From: an uncultured Gammaproteobacteria bacterium
Lineage (GTDB): Bacteria > Pseudomonadota > Gammaproteobacteria > UBA9214
Length of the DNA: 64,000 nucleotides
Assembly (NCBI GenBank): GCA_963773065.1
Contig: CAVYZN010000033.1
Location: 1 to 64,000 of the forward strand
Direction: 5' to 3'
Positions 43,595 to 55,170 of this stretch are shown one piece after another. The notes below the pieces were generated by a model. The model searched no databases and was not told the origin of the DNA. It saw only the letters and a list, made by a program, of their open reading frames with translations. Position 1 is the first letter of the stretch. Each line of letters opens with the position of its first letter. Position numbers and translations under genes: made by a program.

Positions 43595-45485
43595 ATGAAT
43601 ACCGCCTATGACGCCGCCGCGATTGAGATTCTCAGCGGGCTTGAACCGGTGCGTAAACGTCCGGGCATGTACACGGATACCACGCGCCCCAACCATCTTG
43701 CGCAAGAGGTGATTGACAACAGCGTCGATGAGGCGATGGCCGGTCATGCCACGCGTATCGGGGTGACGCTGTACCAGGACGGCTCACTGGAAGTTGCGGA
43801 CAACGGTCGTGGCATGCCGGTTGATCTGCATCCTGATGAAGGCATCAGCGGTGTCGAGGTGATCCTTACCCGCCTGCATGCCGGGGGCAAGTTCTCGGGG
43901 GGGAACTACACATTCTCCGGCGGGCTTGCATGGTGTCGGTGTGTCCGTCGTCAATGCCTTGTCCAATCACCTTGAAGTCTGGGTGCGGCGCAATGGCAAG
44001 GAATACAACATGGCCTTTTCCGGTGGTGACAAGGTTTCTGCCTGGAAGAGGTTGGTACGGTCGGCAAGCAGAATACCGGCACCACGCGTGCGCTTCTGGC
44101 CCGATCCCAGATATTTTGATTCGCCTAAATTTTCACTGTCGACGACTCAAGCATGTACTGCGCGCCAAGGCGGTGCTGTGTCCCGGCCTGCTGGTGCGCC
44201 TGCACGACGAGGCCAGCGGCGAGAAGCTGGAATGGCGCTATGAAGACGGGGTGCGGGATTACCTGATCGGGGAACTGGGCGATGCGCAACGGCTGCCCGA
44301 GGATCCCTTCATCGGCAACATGACGCGGCAACCAGGAAGCCGCCGAGTGGGCGCTGGTCTGGTTGCCTGACGGTGGGGAGTCGGTGGCCGAGAGTTACGT
44401 CAACCTGATTCCGACCGTCCAGGGCGGGAACCCATGTGAACGGGCTGCGCATGGGGCTGACCGAAGCCATACGCGAATTCTGCGAGTTTCGCAATCTGCT
44501 GCCGCGCGGTGTAAAACTTACCCCCGAGGATGTATGGGAGCGATGCAGTTACATTCTTTCGGTAAAACTGCTGGATCCGCAATTCAGCGGGCAGACCAAG
44601 GAACGGCTCTCGTCCCGGGAGTGCGCGGCGTTTGTGTCCGGTGTCGTCAGGGACGCCTTTGGCCTTTGGCTCAACCATCACACGGAAACCGGCGAGCGCA
44701 TCGCCTGGCTGGCGATCGAAAATGCCCAGCAGCGTCAGCGTGCCGGCAAGAAAGTCATTCGCAAAAAAGTGACATCCGGTCCGGCCTTGCCGGGCAAGCT
44801 GGCCGATTGCTCGGCGAATGACAACGAGCGAACCGAGCTGTTCCTGGTCGAGGGCGATTCAGCCGGTGGTTCAGCCAAACAGGCCAGGGACCGTGAATTC
44901 CAGGCCATCATGCCGTTGCGAGGGAAGATCCTGAATACCTGGGAAGTGGACTCGGCCGAGGTGCTGGCTTCCCAGGAGGTACACGATATTGCCGTCGCAA
45001 TCGGTGTCGAACCCGGTTCCAATGACCTGCGGAATCTGCGCTACAGCAAGATCTGTATTCTTGCGGACGCCGATTCCGACGGCGCGCATATCGCGACACT
45101 GTTATGCGCGCTTTTTCTGCGCCATTTCCCTGTACTCGTGCAGGCCGGGAATATCTACGTCGCCATGCCGCCGCTGTACCGCATCGATGCCGGCAAGGAA
45201 GTGTTTTATGCGCTGGACGATGCCGAGAAGCAGGGGCTGCTGGATCGCATAGCGGCCGAGAAGATCAAGGGCAAGGTGATGGTGCAGCGCTTCAAGGGGC
45301 TGGGCGAGATGAACCCGATGCAGTTGCGCGAGACCACCATTGCACCGGAAACCCGCCGCCTCGTGCAGTTGACGGTGGCTTCGGATGACGATACCCATCA
45401 GCTGATGGACATGCTGCTGGCCAGAAAGCGCGCCGCGGACCGACGAAGCTGGCTCGAGGCTTCGGGTGACATGGCTGACAAATAG
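43595..45485 (+). CDS. parE: DNA topoisomerase IV subunit B (frameshifts)
   Basis: [55 protein letters not shown] and RFKGLGEM. Confidence 0.96.
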
Positions 45486-45505
45486 GGCGAATAACAGGAA
45501 TATTC

Positions 45506-47765
45506 ATGAAAACGCTTGATCTCGACTATGAGGGCATCGAACGACTGCCGCTGAAGAGCTTCACCGAGAAGGCCTACCTGAATTATTCCATGTATGTCAT
45601 TCTCGACCGGGCCCTGCCGCATATCGGCGATGGCCTGAAGCCGGTGCAGCGTCGCATCGTTTATGCCATGTCCGAACTCGGCTTGTCGGCGATTGCAAAA
45701 TACAAGAAATCGGCCCGCACCGTCGGTGACGTGCTCGGCAAGTTTCACCCGCACGGTGATTCGGCCTGCTACGAGGCGATGGTGCACCTCGCGCAAGCCT
45801 TTACCTGCCGTTATCCCTTGATAGATGGTCAGGGAAACTGGGGATCGCCGGACGACCCCAAGTCGTTTGCCGCCATGCGCTATACCGAATCGCGCTTGTC
45901 GCCCTACGCGGAATTACTGCTGGCCGAACTGGGGCAGGGTACGGTGGACTGGGTGCCCAACTTCGATGGCACCCTGGAAGAACCCGAGCGCCTGCCGGCG
46001 CGCCTGCCCTCGGTATTGCTTAACGGCGCGGCGGGCATCGCCGTCGGGATGGCAACCGATATACCGCCGCACAACCTGAAGGAGGTTGCGGCGGCGGCTG
46101 TGCATTTGCTTGACAATCCAAGGAGTACGGTCGAGGAACTCTGTGAGTATATAGAGGGACCTGATTTTCCCACCGGGGCAGAGATAATTACATCCAAATC
46201 CGAACTGGTTCAGGCCTACAAGTCGGGTAATGGCAGCGTGCGCCTGCGTGCGTGTTATGAAATCGAACGTGGCGACATCGTGATCACGGCCCTGCCATAC
46301 CAGACATCCGGCGGCAAGGTTCTGGAGCAGATCGCGGCCCAGATGACGGCAAAAAAACTGCCCATGATCGAGGATCTGCGCGATGAGTCTGACCATGAGA
46401 ATCCCACCCGTCTGGTCATCGTGCCGCGCTCCAACCGGATCGATGTGGAATCCCTTATGACCCATTTGTTCGCCACTACCGATCTGGAACGCACGGTGCG
46501 CATCAACCTCAATATGATCGGGCTGAACGGACGGCCGCAGGTCAAGGACCTGCGCACCATCCTGACGGAATGGCTCGAGTTCCGTACTCACCACCGTGCG
46601 GCGGCGTCTCGAATATCGACTCGCTAAGGTCAATAATCGTTTGCACCTGCTCGAGGGTCTGTTGATCGCTTTCCTCAACCTCGACGAAGTGATCCGGATC
46701 ATACGCACCGAAGACAAGCCCAAACCGGTTCTGATGGAGCGCTTCAAGCTCTCTGAGGAGCAGGCGGATTACATTCTGGATACCCGCTTGCGGCAACTTG
46801 CCCGTCTGGAAGAGATGAAGATCAAGGCGGAGCAGGAGGAACTGGCCAGTGAACGTGATTCAATAGCCAAAATACTTGGCTCCGGGCAGCGGCTGAGGAC
46901 CCTCATCAAGAAAGAGATCCAAAGCGATGCAGAGAAGTTCGGCGATGAGCGCCGTTCCCGTCTGGTGGAGCGCGCGGCCGCCCAGGCCATGGACGAAACA
47001 GCGCTGGTGGCGAGTGAGCCGGTAACCGTGGTGTTATCGAGTAATGGCTGGGTGCGCGTCGCAAAAGGACATGATATCGACCCGGCGGAAATGAATTACA
47101 AATCCGGCGACGAGTTTGCATCGGCGGCCCGCTGTCGCAGCAATCAGTTGGCGGTATTTCTTGATTCTACCGGCCGTACCTATGCCGTGCCCGCGCATTC
47201 GCTGCCATCCGCGCGGGGACAGGGTGAACCGTTGACCGGTCGCCTCAAACCCGAGGATGGTGCGCGCTTCGTCGGCGTAATGGCGGGCGATCCGGACAGC
47301 TTGTATCTGCTGGGCAGTGATTCAGGGTATGGATTTATCACGCGTCTCGGCGATCTGTATACGCGTAACAAGTCGGGCAAGGCGGTGCTATCAGCCCCTG
47401 TAGGTTCCAGAATACTGCCACCGGTACCGGTCAGAAATCTTGAGGAGAACCGGATTGTAGCGGTGACCACTGACGGTTATATGCTGGTAATACCGGCTGC
47501 CGATCTTCCGCAGTTATCACGTGGGAAGGGTAACAAGATAATCAATATTCCATCGGCGAAACTTAAAAACCGCGAGGAATTCGTGGCTGCGCTTGCATGT
47601 ATAAAGGGTGGAGAACAGCTCACAATTCATGCAGGCAAACAACACAAGACGATGAAGACGGAAGTGCTGGGCGAATTCGCTGGAGAGCGCGGGCATAGGG
47701 GACGAAAATTACCACGCGGTTACCAGAAGGTGGATCGCGTAGAAGTTCTCTTGCAATCAGAGTAA
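45506..47765 (+). CDS. parC: DNA topoisomerase IV subunit A (frameshift near 46590)
   Basis: [32 protein letters not shown] catalytic Tyr, and a C-terminal beta-pinwheel ending RG.RGRKLP. Confidence 0.96.
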
Positions 47766-48033
47766 ATTTTGATTTGGAGATTTCTTTGTCATTCTACAGT
47801 GCATGGCAATTCCTCGGGAGGAAACGCCAGCGAAGACGTACTGAACAACTTCCACGTTCACGTCAGTACAACGCAGGATAAGAAGTGCATTTTATTGTCA
47901 TGGTGAGTGAGTGACTGTACAGTTCGGCTGGTGAAGCGAAAAGTCAGATGCGCTGGATTGCGCTAGACCTCAATACAGTTGATACCAGAAACCTTACCTA
48001 ATCCCTCTTCCTCTACGCTGATAGGAGCCTGTT

Positions 48034-49541
48034 TTGCCCGGCAACCCAGACAAGCCAGTTGCAAGCAAGACGCCCTCCAGGGTCGTAGCAGCGGTAGACC
48101 TTGGTTCCAACAGCTTTCACATGATCGTTTCTCGCCTAGAGAACGGCACGCTGTGCGTCATCGACCGCCTGCGGGAGCCGGTCCGGCTTGCCGAAGGTTT
48201 GGATGAACGGCATGAATTGTCACTCGAGGCACAGTGGCGGGCACTCGCCACGCTGCGCCGGTTCGGTCAACGCTTGCGTGAACTCGATTCCGAGAACGTT
48301 CGCGCCGTTGGCACCAATACTTTCCGCGCGGCGGATAATACCGTTGGTTTCCTGGCCCAGGCCGAAAAGGCACTGGGTCACCCCATCGATGTCATCTCAG
48401 GCATTGAGGAAGCGCGCCTGATTTATCTGGGTGTCGCGCATTCGCTCAGCAACGACAGCGAACGCCGTCTTGTGGTCGACATCGGCGGCGGCAGTACGGA
48501 GCTGATAATCGGCCAGCAACTGGAAGCGCTGCACATGAACAGTTTTTATATGGGCTGCGTGAACATGAGCCAGCGCTACTTCCCCGCCGGGGTGATTACC
48601 GCCAAGGCGATGTCGGAAGCCGAAACCGCCGCCAAGCAGGAACTTGAACCCGTGGAGACATCGTACCGCTCCGCCCGCTGGGATGCGGCGATTGGTGCGT
48701 CGGGTACCATCAAGGCGGCAGCGGGCATAGCCCATGCCTGCGGGTGGTGTGAAGACGGAGGAAGAATCACCTGGGCTGCCCTGAAAAAGCTGAGAAAGGC
48801 ATTGATCGATGCAGGGACACATTGAAGCCCTTGAACTCAAGGGTCTCAGCGAAACTCGGAAACCGGTTCTGCCTGGCGGTATCGCCATACTGAGGGCTGT
48901 GTTCAGTACACTGAACATAGAATCCATGCAGGTTGCCGCGGGCGCGCTTCGGGAAGGCCTGTTGTATGATCTTGTCGGGCGTATCCAGCATCAGGATGTG
49001 CGTGATCGCGGTGTCCAGGCCCTCTCGGTGCGCTGTGCTGCGGATGAGGCCCAGGCGGGACGGGTGCGGGATACCGCGCTGAGGCTGCTGGATTCTGTCA
49101 AAGAGGGTTGGAACCTGCAGGATGAGGAACTGGCTCAAATGCTGGGATGGGCGGCGCAGTTGCACGAATGTGGAATGATGGTTGCTTATGACCAGTACCA
49201 CAAGCACGGCGCCTATATCATAAGCAATGCCAATATGGCGGGGTTTACGCAGCAGGAAAAACAGCTGCTGGCCGTGCTGGTGCGAGCCCACCGGCGCAAA
49301 TTTCCCATTGCCGAAATGAAGGTACTGCCCGAACGCTGGCGGCAGCAGGCCATACGGCTGGCGATACTGTTGCGCATTTCGGTGACTCTTAACCGGGGTC
49401 GTGCCGATATGCCCTCTCGCTGGTCCCATCACACTGAATGTCCCGCATGAGTGGCTGGACTACCATCCCTTGACCAGGGTCGATCTTAAATCCGAAGCGT
49501 CATACCTTTCCGCCATCAATTACAAACTGGTTACCAGATAA
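48034..49541 (+). CDS. ppx: Exopolyphosphatase Ppx/GppA (frameshifts near 48815 and 49420)
   Basis: AAVDLGSNSFH, ISGIEEARL, VDIGGGSTE, GALREG, LHECG and HKHGAYII. Confidence 0.93.
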
Positions 49542-50131
49542 TCCCCAGTGTAGCGATGGCCGGCAATCATGAAGAACCAATAGTCTCTTCCCGCGGTCAG
49601 GTTATCGCCGTTTGTTGCATCATGCGCCTTCCTTGAGGTGAAGTGTCTGCCGCGCGCATCGCCATCGGAGCGGCGCTAGTGGCGCGGATCTGCCGATATT
49701 CAGTCGACTATCGTCGTTTTGTTGACGCGGTGTTCGTTACTATGCCAAGGTTTACGTACACGTGCGGGTAAACCGGCCCCATGGAAGAACCTGTCGTCGA
49801 ATAGCATTATCAGCCGTGTTTATGGGATTTTCCGGTCTTGTGAACCGTCTCCCGCGTGGAAGTTTGTCCGTTTGTGGTTGATGTCTGACGCGCTTCGCAG
49901 GCCGTTCATTCAGTCCGCTGTTTGACAAGCAGCACTGGGTCAGCCACTGGCAGATCTATCCGGTGCAGTTATCGCGCATTGAGGTCGTGTGTTGCCCAGG
50001 GTATGGGCCCATTACCCGGTAACCGGCTTGACGGGGACGTGCCGCAGCATGCAAGCTCACGGCTTCTATGCTGTGTCGACATATTCTGTACTGTATCGCA
50101 GCGGTTCCCGTAAACAGGGAATGGCGCCTCT

Positions 50132-51106
50132 TTGTTAATATCCTGTGATTTAATGATCTCATACACTAACGACAAAACCACCCATGAACTGCTGCTGAAG
50201 CGGGTTGGCAAGATCCACCTTCAGCAACGGCTTGGTATAGAACAGGACTACGAACAAAGAATCTTTGGACAGGGGCGCAATTTCTTCCACATCGAGAACT
50301 GGTATTCCGTCCATTCCATTATCAGAAACAGTCTGCGCCTGTTCATGTTACATGGGCGCGGCAGGCGCAATGCGCGCCGGATCGAGATACGACATAACCG
50401 TATTAAAGTCGCAAACCTGCCAAAAGTCTTTGAAGGTTTTACTATTCTGCAGATATCGGACCCGCATCTGGACATGGCGCCGGATTTTCCGCATGCGCTC
50501 ATCGAAGCGGTGCGCAGGGTACAGTACGACCTGTGTGTGCTGACCGGTGATTTCCGGGCGAAAACCTTTGGTCCCCATGACGCCGCCATGGATGGCATGC
50601 GGTTGATACGCACGCACCTGCAGGGGGAGGTCTATGGTGTGCTGGGCAATCATGACACCATCCGGATGGTCCCCGAACTGGAAGCGATGGGTATTCGCAT
50701 GTTGCTGAATGAACATGTGGCCATAGTGCGTGGAGCTGACGGTATTATTCTTGCCGGTATAGACGACCCACATTATTACCAGGCCGATAATCTGGAGAAG
50801 GCAGCGGATACCATTCCCCCGGGCATGATTTCGATCCTGCTGGCGCATTCACCGGAAATTTACCGGCATGCGGCTCATGCTGATTTTGACATCATGCTGT
50901 GCGGACATACCCATGGTGGCCAGATCTGCCTGCCGGGTGGTTTACCCCTGATATGCAATGCACGTTGCCCGCGCGCGTACTGCAACGGAGCATGGTCCTA
51001 CAACAGTCTGCACGGCTATACGTCCGCGGGTTCCGGCTCCTGTATCGTCGATGTCAGGCTCAATTGCCCGCCGGAGATCACCCTGCATCACCTGCACCGC
51101 CACTGA
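50132..51106 (+). CDS. Calcineurin-like metallophosphoesterase
   Basis: SDPHLD, TGDF, LGNHD, LAHSP and GHTHGGQ. Confidence 0.9.
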   Translation: MLISCDLMISYTNDKTTHELLLKRVGKIHLQQRLGIEQDYEQRIFGQGRNFFHIENWYSVHSIIRNSLRLFMLHGRGRRNARRIEIRHNRIKVANLPKVFEGFTILQISDPHLDMAPDFPHALIEAVRRVQYDLCVLTGDFRAKTFGPHDAAMDGMRLIRTHLQGEVYGVLGNHDTIRMVPELEAMGIRMLLNEHVAIVRGADGIILAGIDDPHYYQADNLEKAADTIPPGMISILLAHSPEIYRHAAHADFDIMLCGHTHGGQICLPGGLPLICNARCPRAYCNGAWSYNSLHGYTSAGSGSCIVDVRLNCPPEITLHHLHRH

Positions 51107-51570
51107 CGGTCTCACGCAGTCTGGAACTCAGCCAATCGATTGCCACGAAAACGAGCAGGACTATACAGGCTTCCTGGACCGTTTCCCCCAACACGGGATG
51201 CATCACCCCTAACGGCAACAGTGTCTCGGGCAATTGGTCGAGCAGTGGCGCCGAGTGACTGCTCGCAATTCCGAGACGGCGCTTGATAAAACTCGAAACC
51301 AAGTCTCCGCACATCGCCAGCAGTGCGAAGAGCGCACCCTGGCCGGCCGACAGACTCGAATAGGGGTGCCATCAGGGCGGTCAACAGTAGGGCGCTAATT
51401 ATCCCGCGGATAGTCTTGGCCGGGCCCAGTAATGGTCGCCCGTCGATGAAGCGCAAGTTACCGTCGAGCGGCTGATTGAGGCACTGCCGCAATAACAGAC
51501 TGGCAAGTACCGGCGCCCCGTTGGTGAGTACCAGCAGCAGCGTGAGTTCAATGACGATGTGAGTGCGCAC
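51078..51570 (-). CDS. CDP-archaeol synthase (CarS/DUF46)-like membrane CTP transferase (frameshift near 51350)
   Basis: NGAPV, PLDG....DGRPLLG..KT.RG, GDLVSSFIKRRLG and LDQLPE. Confidence 0.75.
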
Positions 51571-51666
51571 GGTGAATTATCAGGCATCAGACCAAGTGAC
51601 TGTCTAGAGTAACCTGTAACTGGCTTGATGTAATCCGGACACCGTGCGTTCCCGCTGGAAGCAGGC

Positions 51667-51691
51667 AAAAAAAACCCGCTGTGGCAGCGGG
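51667..51691 (-). terminator. Rho-independent terminator
   Basis: CCCGCTG-CCA-CAGCGGG followed by T8 on the minus strand. Confidence 0.8.
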
Positions 51692-51712
51692 GGTAAAAGG
51701 AGGTTTGTTGGG

Positions 51713-51907
51713 CTAACCTTCGAATATCATTTGCTGCATATCCGTTATGTACTGCCGTTGTTGTTCGGCCCATTTCCGAAAGCGTGGGTCGTTGGATGCA
51801 GCGCGTTGGAGCTCATCGATCTGGCGGTGCACTTCTTCGAAGCGCTGCGCCTGTTCAATCTTGTCCAGACACGCCAACTCGTGAACATCAAGAGTAATGT
51901 TTTCCAA
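51713..51907 (-). CDS. Small helical hypothetical protein (64 aa)
   Basis: GGAGG RBS, TTG start, MENITLDVHELACLDKIEQAQRFEE...MIFEG, with its own promoter and terminator. Confidence 0.6.
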   Translation of the reverse strand: MENITLDVHELACLDKIEQAQRFEEVHRQIDELQRAASNDPRFRKWAEQQRQYITDMQQMIFEG

Positions 51908-51950
51908 GGTGATCGTTCCTCCAAACAAGACAGGACCAATGACGAATACG

Positions 51951-51979
51951 ATTACGCCTCTATCCGCGAATCCTGTCAA
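51951..51979 (-). promoter_or_regulatory. Sigma70-like promoter for the 64-aa gene
   Basis: TTGACA-N17-CGTAAT on the minus strand. Confidence 0.55.
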
Positions 51980-52378
51980 CCACAATAGATTGACGCGATT
52001 TTTTATTCTGGATGAGGGGAAAACTGTAGGCAGCTGATAACACGTGTATATAGATAATGGGTAATTTTTATATATTCGAAACTCGCCAGATAATTTTTTT
52101 AAATATTCTGTTTGCCAGCAATCAGACATTGTGCATCGCCGCTTCACGAGATTGGCATGTACATCACAACTATATAAATCAAACAGGAAATTCATTTAAA
52201 GACCCACGGGTGCCATAAGGGTGTTGCCAGGGTCGTTACAGAACATTTAATCAACCAACCGCACAGCATCAGGTGGTTGCACAAAGGCATCAGGCTACAC
52301 GAATGATTTGAGAGTAATTCGATAACCGCTTGTTATAGTAAGATGTCAGGATAGGTTGGTAAATAATAAAATTAATGC

Positions 52379-52406
52379 TTGCTTATTTAAGTAGTATTCT
52401 TATACT
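52379..52406 (+). promoter_or_regulatory. Putative sigma70 promoter of the sulfur globule protein gene
   Basis: TTGCTT-N16-TATACT, with an overlapping TAAG-N7-CTTA inverted repeat. Confidence 0.4.
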
Positions 52407-52470
52407 ATACTTGCTGTCCTTAACAGACTCTTTGATTTGTACGTTCACTTATCCAACTGGAGATTCGATC

Positions 52471-52835
52471 ATGAAAAAGATTGCGACTATTGTTTCTGCT
52501 GCCACGCTGGCAGTTGCTTCTGCCTCAGCTTTCGCCTGGGGGGGCTGGGGTCCGTGGGGTGATAGCGGTTATGGTGATGGCTGGGGTGATGGTTGGGGCG
52601 ACGGTTCCGGCGATTTCAACATGAGCTTCAGCGGTGGCGGTCATGGTTATTGGTCGTGGTTACGGCCGTGGCTATGGTAACGGCTATGGTTATGGCTATG
52701 GCGGTTATGGCCCCTATGGTTATGGCGCTCCGTACGGCTACGGCGCTCCGTACTGGCGCTCCTTATGGTGCTCCTTACGGCGCTCCTGGGTATGCTCCTC
52801 CGGCGGCTGCCCCTCAGGCCACTGAAAGCAAGTAA
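52471..52835 (+). CDS. Sulfur globule envelope protein (SgpA/SgpB-like; frameshifts)
   Basis: Sec signal [22 protein letters not shown]. The mature part is Gly/Tyr/Pro/Trp-rich: [30 protein letters not shown] and GAPY repeats. Confidence 0.8.
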
Positions 52836-52857
52836 GTAATCCTTACTCGCCGCGAAT

Positions 52858-52893
52858 AAAACGGGGGCGGCTCATTGAGCCACCCCCGTTTTT
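52858..52893 (+). terminator. Rho-independent terminator after sgp gene
   Basis: AAAACGGGGGCGGCTCA-T-TGAGCCACCCCCGTTTTT. Confidence 0.85.
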
Positions 52894-52936
52894 CATTTCC
52901 AGTGTCGGAAATTCATCGGATTGACGAGGCATAGCA

Positions 52937-53765
52937 ATGAAAAAGGCCATGCTTGCATTTCTGTTACTCCTAGGCGGGCTTGTACACATCTGCGCCGCGC
53001 GCAGACGTACTGGTATTGGTTCACGGCTATTTGAGCGGGGCACAATCCTGGGATGCCAGCGGTATCACCGCCGTGCTGGATCGCGCCGGTTGGCGTCGTG
53101 CCGGTGTTTTTGCCGCGGGCCGTGCGGGAATAGCAGTTGATCCCGGCACCGGGTCGCGAAGCCCGGCATAAGGTCTATGTCGTCGACCTGCCATCGGAAG
53201 CACCGATGCTGATACAGGCTTACCAGTTGCGGCAGATCCTGCAAGCCATCAACCAGACAAATCCTGGTGAGCCGGTTGTCCTGGTCGGTCACTCTGCCGG
53301 CGGAGTGGTCGCACGTGCCGCGCTGGTGCGTGGTGGCGCAAAAAACGTCAAGGCGCTGATCACCATCGCCAGTCCGCATCTTGGAACCTATCGTGCCGAA
53401 CAGGCGCTGGATGCAACGGATATCCCGTTTCCTTTCTCGATAGTCACGGATTTCTTCGGCGGTGAAGCCTACGATACCGCCAGGAGGTCACGCAGTCTGT
53501 ATGTGGATCTGGTACGGCCCCGCCCGGGTAGCTTTGCTGTTCTGGTTGAACAATCGAACCCCACCCGGCTATACAGTATTTCTCCATCGTCCGTAGTGAG
53601 ACAACGGTCATGTCCGGTGATTATGTCGTGCCTGGCTATAGCCAGGATATGAATAATGTCCCTGCATTGCGCGGCAAATCATCCCGCATAGCGATCGGAA
53701 CCCAGCATGAACTCGAAATGCTGGACGGAAGCGTCATCGTAAATTTGCTTGCCAACATGAAATAG
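52937..53765 (+). CDS. Exported alpha/beta-hydrolase (lipase/esterase; frameshifts)
   Basis: Signal peptide, VLVHGY oxyanion motif, LVGHSAGGVVAR nucleophile elbow, and LITIASPHLG. Confidence 0.82.
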
Positions 53766-54268
53766 CCTCGTTCGCGCCCCGTGTTTTACGGGTATCGCGC
53801 ATTAATAACCTTCGGGATGATACTCTCCCTTTCGTATTGCCGGTATGACCCTGGCGGAATCGCACTACGGGTTCTGCGGCGTATATTTTGAACCGGGATT
53901 TGTCAATTCCTTCTCTGTTCCCTTCTGGTCGATAGTCGTGATATTTCCGTGATCATGAGCGGGACGGAGTCCGCCATGTTCTATTTCCGGAGAAATTCCG
54001 TTATCCTGGTTTTAGCCGATATCTTTGGTGGTTTGCCCATTGCTCCTGATAATCAAACCAGCGTCAGCAGGTTGTGAAATCGTCTGGCGAGTGGGTTAGA
54101 GTCCTGATAAAAAAGTCACCGGCCGATGAATAGCACGGAATGGTTTTTCTGATGTGAATCTCGTTGAGCTGTTCCGGCGCCAGCCTATTGGATAATCGTA
54201 ATTAATTGAGTTATAAATGAAAGTATGCACAATGGCCGGAGGCTGATCCGGGCCGTAGAGGAGGTGGC

Positions 54269-55020
54269 TTGGTGGTCCGATTGATTGCCTTGTTGTTATG
54301 GCGGGTCATTGCCTGGGTGGAGTTGGCGATCTTCACACTGATCCTGTACCTGTTGTCTTTCTGCCCGGCGTGTTGCGTCCCTTTTACTATTCTCTGTTTC
54401 GCTTCTGGTGTCGCAGCTTTGCGCGTGCGCTGGGCGTGGATCTGCGGCTGCACCAGAAAAATACCCGTGCCTTACCGAAGCACTATATTCTGATCGCCAA
54501 TCATCCGTCCGCGTTTGAAGACATCGGTATACCGGCATTGTTCCCGGTTCATTCGCTGGCCAAGATCGAGGTCAGGCGACTGGTGGCTGGTCGGGCGCAT
54601 CAGTTGCGCATCCGGCACGTTATATGTCCACCGTGAATCGCGTGAATCACGCAATGCGGCCGCCGCACTGATAGAGAGCGGAACTGCGTCAGGGAAAAAA
54701 TATTGCCTTGTATCCCGAGGGTGGCTGCAAGGGACGCCGCATCTTTGAATCATTCCGCTATGGCGCGTTTGACATCTCATTGCGCACGGGGATACCCATA
54801 CTCCCAGTGTTTCTTCATTATGAGTCCCAGGACGATTTCGAGTGGCGGGCACCCCAAACCCTGCTGCACAAACTCTGGCACATGATGAGGACACAGAATA
54901 GCCGTGCGAACTATTACGTCTATGACGCGATCGACCCGGCCGGCATTTACCGACAAGGAGACCTATGCCGAATTCGTCCACAACAAATATCTCGAATGGC
55001 AGTCCCGCTACCTTGACTGA
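54269..55020 (+). CDS. Lysophospholipid acyltransferase (PlsC family; frameshifts)
   Basis: IANHPSAFED (NHxxxxD), LAKIEV, YPEGG and FRYGAF...PILPV. Confidence 0.85.
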
Positions 55021-55170
55021 CGTCGGGCGCAGTGCCAAGGGTCGATTGCTTGGGGGAGTGAGTAAACAGATGACATGTGCACATGATACAGTGGCCTCAA
55101 GCTGGCACGGGCAAACGGTCCGTCACGCCCCGTTCTGATTCCATGCTGATGTAATCGGGAATTTCATTGC

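Noticed and set aside
52640-52800. CRISPR-like or satellite array (GGCGCTCCGTAC / GGTTATGGC repeats)
   Set aside because: The units are 6-18 nt, degenerate at third codon positions and have no spacers. They encode the GY/GAPY repeats of the sulfur globule protein, and no cas genes are present.
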